Shown piece after piece: positions 23,880 through 36,900 of a DNA stretch of 64,000 bases. Source of the DNA: Lingula anatina (taxonomy: Eukaryota; Animalia; Brachiopoda). The notes under the pieces are model-generated. The model saw only the letters and a program-made list of their open reading frames with translations, was not told the DNA's origin and made no database searches. The stretch is from positions 17,856,001-17,920,000 of the forward strand of contig CM120640.1 of the NCBI GenBank assembly GCA_051362555.1, written 5' to 3'. The stretch's first letter is position 1. Each line of letters opens with the position of its first letter. Both the position numbers and the translations under genes were made by a program.

Positions 23880-25973
23880 AAATTGACAGTTACAGTATAA
23901 AGGATGTAAAATCCATAAAGAAAAGCATAATTCTAGAATTAGAATGGCCATTTTGAGGCCTACGAGCTGTCAAGTAATGAAGGTCTACAAAAAATCCCAC
24001 AGGACCAAGACGAAAACACTAAATACCAATACAGCCCTTTCTTTACAAGAGCATCTACATTTCACACAAAGATTTTTAGAGTTGAGCAGGGACAACATTC
24101 TCTGTGAACATAGCTCATCTTCCAAGCATTTAAAATTGCTAAAAAAAAAAAAAATCATCAAACTCCCCACTTCAAGCCCACCTTACCTTTAAAGTTGTCT
24201 TCAGTGAGGATGATAAACACCATGGAGTTTCTTGGTCGACTACTAACTACTACTACAACCAGCTCCATGGCAAGTTCTCCTCTTCCAGAACCTATGTTGT
24301 GGAGGCAGCGCCAGCCAACATGCAAGGTCCACATTCAGGAATATAGCCAAACACAGATGAAGTTGGATTCCAATCCAAAGTGAATTTCAAATTTTCCCAT
24401 AATTATACGTTTTAGCGATAAAACAAAAAATATTTTTCCAAGTCCTCAAAAACGATACATTATTTTTTTTGTCTATTTTTGTTTTTAGTGTGATAATTTT
24501 TTGTTGATGAATATTTGAACAAAGCCAATGAATGAGCAACAAGAACAGAACACAGGTGACTGCACAATTTGAATTTGGCACAGAAGACTAGTCACTTGCA
24601 TAGCCTACTAGAACAAATACGAGGTTCCAAAGTAATGTTCCCAAGATTGGTGGTGTTGGCAATGGTGAGGGACAGGGAAGGAAAAGAAAAAAAGAGAAAA
24701 AACAATTGTTAGTGCAGTAAAACAATGCATGCAAAGATAAACATTAATTTATCAACCCTTAAACTAGAAAGCAGAGCTTGCCACTAAAAACCTGTAAACA
24801 CAAACAACATTTTGTTGGGGTTTTCTCCTTTCTCAGAAACAATGCACACCAGTCTAAACTGATAACAGAAACAACTAGACATCTACACTGAAAATCACGC
24901 TTAGGGAATATAACATCTCTAGCCATCACATACATTTATATACTTGTAATTAATATTTTCAACAAAATTTTATCATGCTGTGTGAAATGGGTGGTGAAAG
25001 CCTCTTTCTGAACAGGGAATTTTTACTTCTTTTGAATAAATATCATTTATTTTGTTTAAAGATAAGAGCTACTGTTTTCATCACACATTTTCAGGTAATA
25101 TTAAAGAAAAACTTCAATTCATAAAAAACAAGCTCTGCTTTCATACTGAAATCAAGCAAAATTTTCATCAAATAATTACCTCCCATTAAAAATTTTACTA
25201 AAACAATGACATTTATTTACTTGATGGCTCAATACTGACTACAAATTCATTATCATTAATAATAATGGCAATAAACATCAATAAAAACTCAAACCGAATG
25301 GGACAAATATCATTCCCATTTTTTAAAACCACGTTGTCTCACATATCCAAACATTTAGAAACAAATTGGGTAGTAAGAATTTGCTGTTGTCTAAGGTCCA
25401 CGTTTCTAGCAAAGAGCTCACTAGTATTGCTATTCCACTACTTGCATGATATCGATTTAACAATTTCAACATACAAAATAAATGCATTCTACACAAAGTT
25501 ACAATTTGGACTAAATAGGGTAACTATGTACAAATGACCAATTGCTCTAAATACTTTTTCCAGAGAGCTGGTCAATTATTTTCATTTCAGTTGAATGAAT
25601 TCCAGAAAGAATTTCTGTTCAAATGCAGCGATCTTGCAGAACACTTTTCCATAAGATGTTTTAGAAAGTTGAATAGTACATTTTCATCCCATGCATTAAC
25701 AAGTGTTTTGTCAATGAATTCAATGGTGCATTTTGTGCTGTTAAAAATCAAGCAGTATTTTGCTTGTATTTTTTTCTGTAAATCCAATTCAGGAAATTCA
25801 AAATCCCCATTTCTGATATCCTTTTCATACTTCAACACAGCTGGCTCAAAATTTGCAAGATGGGATACTTTTTTCACAGAGGTCTGCAATAATTTTTTGT
25901 CCAAATAGATTTTACAGGACAAGGTTTTTGGACAGTACCAATGATCAATTATATTTTTGGTGTTGAAAAGAGA

Positions 25974-28900
25974 TTATTTCCACTGTGAGCCATAGGAATC
26001 TTGGTACCACTCCTGTCCTCCATCAAATTCCAGTGGTTGCTGAGCAATGGGCTGAGCACCCCACTGGTCACTGGTGGTGCGGCGTTTATTCTGACCTTGG
26101 TTTCCATCGCCTCCCATCTTGCGCTTGCCCCCTGGACGTCGGTTGGCATTGCCTCCTCTCATTGGCTGCCCTCCACGCCCACCTCGAGGAATACCGCCAC
26201 GCCCACCTCTAAATCCTCCACCTCTACCTCCCATGCCACCACGCTGCATGGGGCTGCCTCGCCCTCCTCTTCCACCCTACAACAGAAAACAAGATATTCA
26301 TTCACACTCTCTTTTCAAAGAAAAACATGTGTCTTACTTTCCATGTTGGGTTCTTGGTATGCTGGAAAAGAAAAAGTGTACCTGAGATTGCGTGTCACAG
26401 TTCCTAAGTACAAAAGCATGACATAGCTGTCCCAGTATTGCTGTTCACAGTATAAACGCCAAGGCTACTGGGGTAGCATAGCACTGGAGCTGGACTGTGA
26501 ATATGCATTCAACTTTATGGTGAAACAAAAACTAGTGGTAAAGTGCGTTTCCATCCAAGATAATAAGTAAATTCAGGGATGAGAATTTTTAGCTAGCAGA
26601 TTAATTTCATTACTGTTGTAAGCACCAACACTAAATAGTTGTAAATCCGCATTTAGTCAAAAAAAACTAATTCATGCAACATAAGTACATGTACATCATC
26701 TGATTAAAAATAAAGAAAAGAAAATCTCTATTCCCTCCTACTGATGCCTTTCAGTATTATTGCTTACCCCTGGGGGAATGCCACCTCGTCCCCGAGGTCC
26801 AGCTCTAGGGGGACCAAAGCTAAAGTCATCATAACCACCACCTCCCGCATAGCAATCATCATAGTATGGGTCAGCATAGCCACCTCTGTATTCATTATAC
26901 CCATAGTCATAGAAGTCATAGTCTGAAAACAGAGGAAAAAAACAGTGCAAACACAAAAACGGACATTCACAGAACAGTGAAACTGATGGGTTAAGAACTG
27001 TGGAATACTTGGTTTTAAATTTAGAATGAACCTACTCACCCATAGGTCTTCCCATTGGCCTGCCCATGCCACGACCACCCCGGGGAGGGAAACCACCTCT
27101 TGGTGAAACAAAATAATCATCAAATCTGAAATAACAAAACAATTCTAACTTTACCCAAATCATTCACATTTACCATCAAGCTTAATTTTAGCTTAACAGT
27201 TTTAAATGTACAGACTGCAGTCACTGAAATAACTCACCCCCTTCCTCCCATCATCATCCTTTGTCGGTCCTGTTCTCGTTTCCTCATTTCTTTCTTCTTG
27301 TTTTCAGACTGGGGCTTGGCCAGGGAGATTTCCATTACACTGGCACCAAGTTTCTGAAATACCAAATATCATACATGACTACAGATTGATGTAATTACCC
27401 TCAACGTGCCCATCAAAAGACCTGTCAGGCTTCCATTTATGTCAAATAATAATTTTACATCAAATTTTAAAATATCTATTGTACAATTTATAGGAACCTT
27501 ACCTGTTCATTCAGATCATTTAAGGCCTGCATTGCAGCATCCCTATCTTCAAAGTGAACAAAAGCATAATCTTTTATCTTCTTAACACGGTCCACCTTGC
27601 CATATGGCTCAAACTTTTCCTTGATCATTTCTTCTGTAACATCAGCCGTGAGGTTCCTGACATACAACACTTTTACCTAAAATTTGAAGACAAGAGTCAT
27701 AACCTGCCAAACCCCACTACTTGTGGCCATTCCCTGCTCAAGAACAGATTAACAATTTTTCATCAATATCACTAAGAATGTTATCTTGCTGCTGGGACAA
27801 GCATTCTGACAGACCACCCAAGCCCACGACATCTCAAGGCTCCTAGCAAATTCAGAATATGCAGAGTTCAAGATTAATCATTGGAGGGCAGTGGATTCAT
27901 AGTTTGTAATTAAACCAGGCCTGTCATGTTTACCTTGGACATGGTCTCCTGGTCAGGTTCCTCCTGAGGATCAGCCCAGTCCACGGCAAAGTCTCCATTC
28001 CAGGCTTTTACTCTCCCTGAGCTCAGCCGCCTCTTAGCCGTGGATGCAGATTTGTGGGAGTCGAACTCAAGAAAAGCAAAACCTCTATTTTTTTTCTTTG
28101 GATCATCTGGATTTCCATAAACTATACAATCTACAAGACCCTCTGAAACAAAAGAATACCAGCATATAAAAGATATGCAGGCCATGTTCCACAATACCAT
28201 CACCATGACAGGTAAGTAGTACTATTAAGGTCAATACCCATGATCAAGAGGGGCAAAATTTTGAACAACATGAATGCTCGACTCCAAACTGACAGAACAT
28301 TTCGTTACCTGCAATTTTCCCAAACTCCTCCATAATGTCCTCTTTGCTTTTGTTTTTGGGAATGTTTCCAATAAATAACCTTACATTGGGCACGGAAATG
28401 TTCACCTTTATCTTCTTGCCTGGTTTGATCTCATAGTTGTCCAGCTGTGAGAGGAAAAAATATATATATATACTACATTGAAACTTCACATATACTACAA
28501 AGCCATATGCAAGAGCACATGATCAATATTTGTTTTCAAGAAATCCTCTCAACATGTATTATGGAGACTTGTATGAAAAGTTCTGTGCTTTCCTGACAGC
28601 CTAATGCCAGGCTCAATTGGGTCTTTACCAACCTGTTTAGCTGCCTCCTGTGCCCCTTCCTTGTCACAATATGTAACAAAGGCATATCCTCTGTTGAGAC
28701 CTGTGAGTGGATCCATCATCAGACGCAGATCCCAAATTTTCCCAGCTTTCTCAAACACAGGGATTATTTCATCTTCAAATGAGTCCTTGGGAATCTTTCC
28801 CACATAGACCTGAAAATTACAATGATGCAATTTTTCACTTACATTGTTTACCATGCTCCATTTTCTTTCTTAATTCACACCATTGTTTATAAGTTAAAGC

Positions 28901-29936
28901 CATCTGTTATATGTGCCATCAAGTCCCATATTATCTATTATAGAAAATGAGACCAGCATTACCTCTGTGCCACTCCCTGGCTGTGCACCCTCCCAGTCTG
29001 GGGGTGGTCCTCCATACTTCCTTTGCCCTGTTGTTACATCCAATGAGTAACCAGTTCTGTCAAGGATTTCCTATAAGGCAAAAATTTATGGCATCTTTTT
29101 AGGGTTGAATAAGCAAACACTTTCAGTTTAAGACCATTCTTTTCTCCGTGGATCCAACAGTAACCTCCATGCAAAAGTTGAAACATGGGCAAGGTTTTTC
29201 TCTTCCTTTAAACCTAGAAATAGCAAGTCTTAATGTGATCTTACCTTTAATTTGGCCTCATCAGGACCGTGTGTAGTTTGAGCTGCACCACCTGGCTGCT
29301 TCATCCTCTGTCTATACGTCTTCATCACCCCACACAGGTACGCACTTTTGTTGGTCACATGCTCAAGGTTACTGGTGCAGAACTCCTTGATAACCTCCAA
29401 AGCACCCTCAACATTGAATTCCTTTAAAGCATCTAAAGCTCGCTCATCAAGATCGTCATGACAAACTGTTTCTAAATGAAAAGGGTAAAATATTTTGAAA
29501 ATTATAAAAAAATAAATAAATAAAAACTCCCCTACACATTCCATAAGAAGCAGTTTTGTAAAATGTGAATATACCCGTCTTATTCAATGCTTTAATTTTG
29601 CAATCATTTCCAAAGTACACACATCAAGCCTGGTTTTAAATAACTTAGTTCTTTAAAGTCCTTATTAACTACAGGAAATTGAAAAGTCAAAAGCTCACAA
29701 CCACTAAAATTCCAAAGACTCAGCTAAAGGATCAGTCATTTTATTTAAATGTCTTTGTCATAATTTCATGATGACAAACCTGTTTGATAGACTTTGTCCA
29801 ATTCTTCTGCTACTTTTTGGTCAATTCCATAATCTACAAGTTTCTGGTATCCTTCCCCATGTTCGACAGGTTCTTGGGTTTCCATGGGTTCCTCTGTTGG
29901 GTTCTGTTCTTCCAAATCACCATTGGTGTCCGCCAT
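25974..29936 (-). CDS. SYNCRIP: Syncrip / hnRNP Q-R orthologue (N-terminal acidic domain, 3 RRMs, RGG tail), 615 aa. Exons 29936-29780, 29471-29245, 29070-28963, 28809-28633, 28444-28309, 28142-27934, 27676-27503, 27353-27238, 27125-27040, 26922-26768, 26276-25974
   Basis: [107 protein letters not shown], bipartite KRK..KRR and C-terminal [13 protein letters not shown]. Strong Kozak GCCCACCATGG. 1848 nt in frame. Confidence 0.96.
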
Positions 29937-32802
29937 GGTGGGCCTGTATAAGACAAAGGAAACCGTTTCTCACTATAGTGTTTTGACTTTTGAACAGACT
30001 CCAAGCCATGTGATCAAAAACTTGAGTAATGACAATTGAACTCTGTTAAAAAAGGGGGCTTTTTAATAGAGTTACGGAGTTGGCAGTGGCAGGTGGAGTG
30101 AAGTACAATGTCCCTTTTAAAAGCAGGAAATGGTTGAAAATAAAGTATTAAGTTTGACAGCACAAGCAGCAGTAGTTATTATCACCACAAAACAAACCAA
30201 GATAATGTTATGTTGACAAAGGGTTATTTTCCTCCCAACTCGTCTTCTTTTATATCTAAAAGGTGTTTCAAATAAATGAGACTATGAAATACTACTGTCA
30301 CAACACTCATGAATTTTCACAATGAGCAAAGTTTAAAGAACAAAAACAAAACCAGTATGAAATAGTTCACTGCTAAAATATCAAATTCAAAATATACTAG
30401 AGAACCCACATTATGGCTTCTAAAATCTCTCCTAACCCATGAACTTTCCCTTGTCAACACAAGTTAGTAACTTAATAACAAGATTTGAAAAGAAAGTTAA
30501 TCAACTGAGCATTTAAAATCATGATGACATATGCAAATACTGACACCTCAGAAAACCCAAGGTCAGAATAGTGTAAGCCAGGGTTCAACTTCTGGAACCA
30601 TGCAGGTCAATTAGCACTTTCAACCAACCTGGCAACTTAATAGTCCCCACAGCTGACATCTACAACAATAAATTATCCAATCATCTGTCTCCTACAATTA
30701 AGTCACACCTTAATTAAAATCCCGTATTGCCAGTCCTTATGTCTAACTAGTTTTCAAGTTGACTCAGAATGTGTAAATCTACGGGATACATCTTCATTTA
30801 TTTTTGGTGAGGTATTTTACTTCAGTCTTAAATAGTCAGGAAAAAAATTATGGGGAGTTCTTTGCTGCTTTTCAGGAGGACTTAAGTAATGATCACCACC
30901 AACAGAAATTCAACTGCTTTATTACGAATTATTATAATTTCCTCTCATCTACTGTTCATGACCACAAGTTTGCGAAAAAGCACATGAAGGCTCATGACAA
31001 GAAGAAAGAATACAGTCTCAGGCTGGGCAAGTGCCACCAAAACTTCAATTAACCAAAACAGGCAGTCTCATTTTGCATTTAGCAATGCATGTTTTTGCCA
31101 AACGCAAAAGGTGAAATTGTAACTGATTAACAGACATTTTTATGGAGAGCATTTGATATTACAAGCTACACACTCTTCATTATCAAATTGTATTTTGGTC
31201 CTTGTCCATTCTGCAATGCCCCTTTCATGAAGTTATTGTGAAAACAGTGTTAGAAATTAACTCTGTACCGTCTGCCCAGGGTCGGCAACTTTCAGAAAGG
31301 GCCCAGAAGTTTTCCCACCCAGGAGACATTCAGTCCAGCTACTTTTCAAGGTGGCTGGACCTTCGGTCCAGCAACTAATTTTTCTAAGAGGCAAACACTG
31401 TGTGGAAATGTCTTTTTTCCCTCTTAAAAATAAAATAATTTGCCAATTTCTTCGATTATGCTTCAGTATCACAGATTTTCAATTTGGTCGATCAGAATTT
31501 TCAAGCCTGTCATACAGAATGTCTGCCAGTTTTTTTTGTTTGTTTGATTTTTGTACCCTTCTTAAGTCTGCTCTAGCTTGTCACATCACAAGAACCAAAA
31601 AATATGCTGTTGGCCATTTTGTAACATCCATGTCTTAGACATGATACATTATCAGATTAATATCTTGATTATCAAAAATCCAAACCATATAATCTTTTTC
31701 AGATATTATGAAAAAGTGTTATTCAATTTATAGTGATTCTAGACTTTTCCATACAATAAAGAATATTATTAAGGATAAGACAAAAATTTCATCTTTTCCT
31801 TCTCTTTTTAATTAAAAGCTTAGAAGATATTTTCCAGGAATAAACCAATCTCTCTTTATATATTTTGCACTTCCCTAACCAGAACTTCATAAAGAGGAGT
31901 TAATACAGTAGCAAGTCTTATCCTCCATTACACTGATCACAAGCATACATTTCATTTTTCACAGCCATTTTACAGAACAGTAGATCAATGTTGACGTTAA
32001 GTCAGTGGGATTTATGTAGTCACAGAGATGTCACAAAATACAGAATTTGTACCATGCCTTTTTACCATCCATGCACAGTGTAAGGCAAAAATGTGTACCC
32101 TTCAGGTCCCACATTGAAGAGACTGGGGTTGGAAAAAAATGAGGCCCAGTAATATCCTGAAATGATTAATGAGCTAACACAAAATCATTTTTGACAAGAA
32201 AGCGCTGAAAATTGATTGCTAACAAACCTATGGTAGAATATGTTAGTAAAACTCAATAAGAACCGTGATAACAAAACAAAGGACCTAAAACAAAGAAACA
32301 AAACCTATCCCAATACACTCACAAAGCCTATTTTCTAACTTCAAATATTATAAATAGTAATAATTTCAAATGACTGAATCCTTTACAGTGTTGCAATTTC
32401 GTTCCCAGTGCATGCAATATGGATTTCTATTCAACTTTTTTTTTACTAATAGATTGACGTCAGGCGCAATGGCGGGCAAAACGGGGTTTTTGTGGGCAAA
32501 GCCTAGAAGTTAATATTTAAAAATACATGTTTAATTTTCTAAATACCACAAACGACATTATGCAGCAGATATATTGTTCAGTAAATAAACTGCAAATCGG
32601 GCAGCAACATGGGTTTAATACTAATAGAATGTGCGCGTAACGACATTTTCACAAAAGCAGTAGCCAATCGAGAGCAAATTTCTTTGTTCTTGATTCGGAT
32701 ACACAAACAAGTTACTAATCATGTTTGTAAGAACAGTGTTACATAAGCATGCAGGCATTCCCCTGAAGTGAAATTCACTCTGGGAATACCGATATTACTT
32801 AC

Positions 32803-32890
32803 CTAAATTTAAAAATGCGCCAGAATTTTAAATTTACTTCTTTCCTTATTGTTTCCTGCACCGGCTTCTTTAAAGATGGCGGCGGTGACA
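32803..32890 (-). promoter_or_regulatory. Probable non-coding first exon and TSS region of SYNCRIP with a YY1 motif
   Basis: Consensus donor AG|GTAAGT at 32803/32802 and GCCGCCATCTT at 32883-32873. The ATG exon begins with an acceptor at 29943, so an upstream exon is required. TSS position is approximate. Confidence 0.65.
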
Positions 32891-33984
32891 CATGTGAATA
32901 GATTTTCAGGGGGCAACATTTCGAAAAGCAAGGTGTCCTATTCTCAATACCATTTTAAAATATCACAGACACACAGATTATGTGGGATTATCAAATAATA
33001 TTAAGTCCAAATTCTAATTATAATTTTAAAATTATATTCTATGGTATAAAATTATGTATAAAATGTAATGTATGCCAATCTTCACTAAAGCTGGGTTCCA
33101 GATTATAAAAAAAGACGCACCTGCTTGGTACCGATAGTGTGCAACAAAATTCCAATCTGTCGAATATAAGCGTTGGAATTAATGCATTTTCGATTGGAAT
33201 TCTTTCACTCATCTTATAACTGACTTAACACAGGGTTTCAAACTGGTGCCTGAATGGCAGATCCAGTACTAGGTATTCTATGCAGATACAGTGATGTTAG
33301 CATTATATTGGGGAGATGGCCGTAAGCTATGTCTCACGTCATTAAACATATTGACATTGCACCCGTATTTGTAGGATCGTTGAATTATTATTTTGCAAAT
33401 CCAACATCTATTTAGGATTTAATTTCCCCTTATGCTTGTTGAAAGTTCGAGCTTATCTGTCCCCGTCTTAATTCCCCCGCCCCCCAAGAAATAATTATAA
33501 ACAATTAAGCGAACCGAGGCAAAGTTAAGCTAATTTTCTAAACTTGTACCCTACGTACTGTGAACTACCATGCGTCGACTATTTATATTTGTTTTGCTTT
33601 ACTCGATAACTTTATTTTTAAAATACATATGTGTACTACTGTAGTATTTTTATTAAAAGTTTTGAACTGAAGACAAAAAATATGATTGCATTATCGACAA
33701 TTAAACGACTTCATTTAAGACCTACGGCGTCGAAGTCATCAGTATATTAGCGTTCCTATAAAGCAAAATAATTGCTATTTTAGAAGTACGGCCAGGCTAT
33801 TTTATACAAAAGCAGTAAAAATCGTCCGAACGTATTTTAAAAAAAAGGAACATACTGTCGACCGATATTACCGTAAACAAGGATGTGAGTAAAACGGCCT
33901 AACTGCTGAGGGACATTCGGTACTCATGTTATCAGTGAAAATGTCACGTAGGCCGGATATATATGCTTTTACATATAAACTTTA

Positions 33985-36900
33985 ATGGCTTGGCGGTCTA
34001 CTTTGTGTGGGTCTCGTGTTTCTGTCATGGATTTTACTCCATTTCTGTTGTTTACATTCCTCGTTTGCCAGCAGGGATATTTTGCTGTTGAAGTCCATAA
34101 AGAAACCAGGCAATGGAAACGGTTTGGGGATGGACCCAGTCATACCATGGATGAGGTTGATGGCTTCCCAGAATCCAGGACTTTCTTTGAGAATTATGTA
34201 TTTAAGTCAAGACCATTGAAAATGAGAGGTGCTGTCAAAACGTCACCAGCATTCCGACTTTGGGAGGATGATTACTTTCTGGAGATGGAGATGCCCCCTG
34301 ATTTGCATGTCACCGTCGAGACTATGAAGAAAGAAAACCGTAGTCAACCTGTAGAACAGATGCACTTCAAGGAATTTGTCCATGTGTATAATCACACCAA
34401 TCAATATCTTGTCAATAGTGTGCCAAAGATTATAGCGTACGTTTATATGTAGAAAAAAATTACTTTTAATTTAAGTTTCAAAAATTGGTTCTTCTCATAA
34501 TTATGTTCAGATAGTCAAGTTTTCTGTCTGTAGCACTCGTGTTCACATTTTCTATATTTACTGAGCACCAAAACCTTGCTTTAAATAATTAAAACACTTT
34601 TTTTTTCAAAATACACCTAATTAGTAATAAGGTAACATCGAGTTGCAGTGCTGGGGCGTATCGATGCGGGTAATATCAAAATTTTACCTAAGGGAGTAAC
34701 AGTGCAGAAAAGTAATGAAACGGATATAAAGGTGTTACTGTGACCTGGTTATACTCTCTAAATGCTCTATTTTAAGCCACCTACATATACATTTTAGGTT
34801 TTATAGCAAAATCAAATGCATAAACAATAGTTTATATTTTTATTTGATTTTATTGGATTCCAGAAAAGATATAATATTACCAAGACCACTGCAGTGTGAG
34901 GAAATGATACATGAGGGATTTCTTACTGAAGCTGTAAGTGTGTTAATTGTGGGCAACTAGATGAATGTGTGGAAGTTCTTCATATCAGTATTTTAAAATT
35001 TTAAATACTCCCTTACAAACCACAAAATGTTTTGACAGTTCTTCATGAGTACAGTCATAGTAATTCCACAACCATTGCCGGAGGCCTATTTTGTTGCTGT
35101 TATTTTTTGGGGATGCAGGCCAGGCCTCTCCTTCCAAAAAGTATGAACATAAATGGGATTGTGAAAGAGTAAGGGTCCATTGCCAGACCCTATCGTACTA
35201 ACTGTGGATCTATCTACCTCCGAGGGGATTCTTGCTAAAATGCAATCAACTTAAGCAGCTTGGATGTCTGTCACGCCCACTGAAGCTGCTAGGGGGTAAT
35301 TAATTACTGTTTAGCAGCTTCAGTAGGTATGCCAGACATCCAAGCCCTAAAGTTGATTGCAATTTAGGGAGAAACCCCTCGGAGATGGATTGTTCCTGTT
35401 AGATCGATCTAGGTATGGGAACTCAGTCAAAGTTAGAATTGTACCATATTTTTACACATTATAAGTTTTTATGTATCAGTATACATAAAAAGCAGTCATT
35501 AAAGTAGTGTACGTATGACTGTGTTCCCAAATCTTTTCATACTAGCAGGATTGATCCATCTCAGCGGGGATTCTTGCTAAGGCACAGTCATTGTAATCAA
35601 CTGAATTGTCTGGCATGCCACAAAGCAACATGAACAACATATTATGGACCACAAAGTTTACCCAACTTTACCCAAGAACTTCAAGTTACGAGGGGCTGTG
35701 CCAGATATTTAAGCTGCTTAAACTGAATGCAATCCCCAAGGAGTTGGATCGATCTAGCTAATACTCCAGGGGGTTATGGGAACAGTCCCTATTTCATGAA
35801 AGATGAAGAAACAGTTGAAGAAAAGGTTCTGTTTTATACACTAGTACTATTGTATTGTCTTTGGTCTGAATCATTTTCCAGATTATGTATGTTTGTACAC
35901 TGCTTCACGAGTACTATAAATTGTAATACTTCAGATGAGGTACGCACTAGTAATGTAATATTAATATTGTATTTTATCTGAATTATTAATTAATGTGTCC
36001 ATTGTATTATTTTCAGATGATGTGGTATAGCAGCGGAGGGACTAGTTCTGTTGTACACACAGATTCTGTAGACAACATCAACTGTTTGTACAGAGGGGAT
36101 AAAGAATTTGTCTTTGTTGATCCACATAAGTATGGAGAATTGGTAAGATATTTATTTTTTAGTGGCATATCTCATGAGCAGGTGCACCAAACGGCATATT
36201 AAACTTAATGAAAATTTGACTTACCTATAGCTCTTAAATGGTACACCCAATCTTGAATAAGTCAAAGTTATTTTAATTGTGCTATTTCAATACACTAAAT
36301 ATAAAATCATTAGAGGTTTTTGTCAGCATTTATATGAAAAAGAAGCAAGTCTGGTTTTATTTCTGTTTAAAACTACTTTGGCATACACTCATTTTCTCTT
36401 AACACACTTAGACCAACAAATTTCAAAATAAAATTTATAACATGTAATTTTTACAGTAGTATTTTTCTTCAAGCTGTTGCTGTTAACATTCAGTAGAAAT
36501 GATATATGAGCATGTATGTTCTTGTGGTATTGTGTGTTTCAGGTTGATTTAGACCATCCAGAAGGTGCATATAGTGGTATTGATGTAGACAGGTAAGAAC
36601 ATTTTAACTGTGATTAACAGGTATAGTAAAATTTTCATAAGGTGTGTCAGTCTTTGTGGCAAAAGCTTTATTTCAGTAATGGTTTCCTCTAAGCAGCACC
36701 TAAAATCAATTGTTATTTTTTGCACTAATGAATGCATTAGCTGTTGAAAAGAAACTGTACTGTTATTGCTTTTTACAGGTGTTTTCTAAGATTAATAAAT
36801 TCTTTTGAAGCAGCCAAAATGTGCCTTGGTATTACATTAACCAGATTAAACGACTTGTATTGCAAATATATTTTCTGTTTCAGAGTTGATTTTGATAAGT

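Noticed and set aside
25534-25922. 111-124 aa ORFs on both strands after the SYNCRIP stop
   Set aside because: They lie in the expected proximal 3' UTR, have no recognisable domain, and no supporting splice structure was found.
25949-26426. Pro-rich and Ser/Thr-rich overlapping ORFs
   Set aside because: Shadow frames of the SYNCRIP RGG exon.
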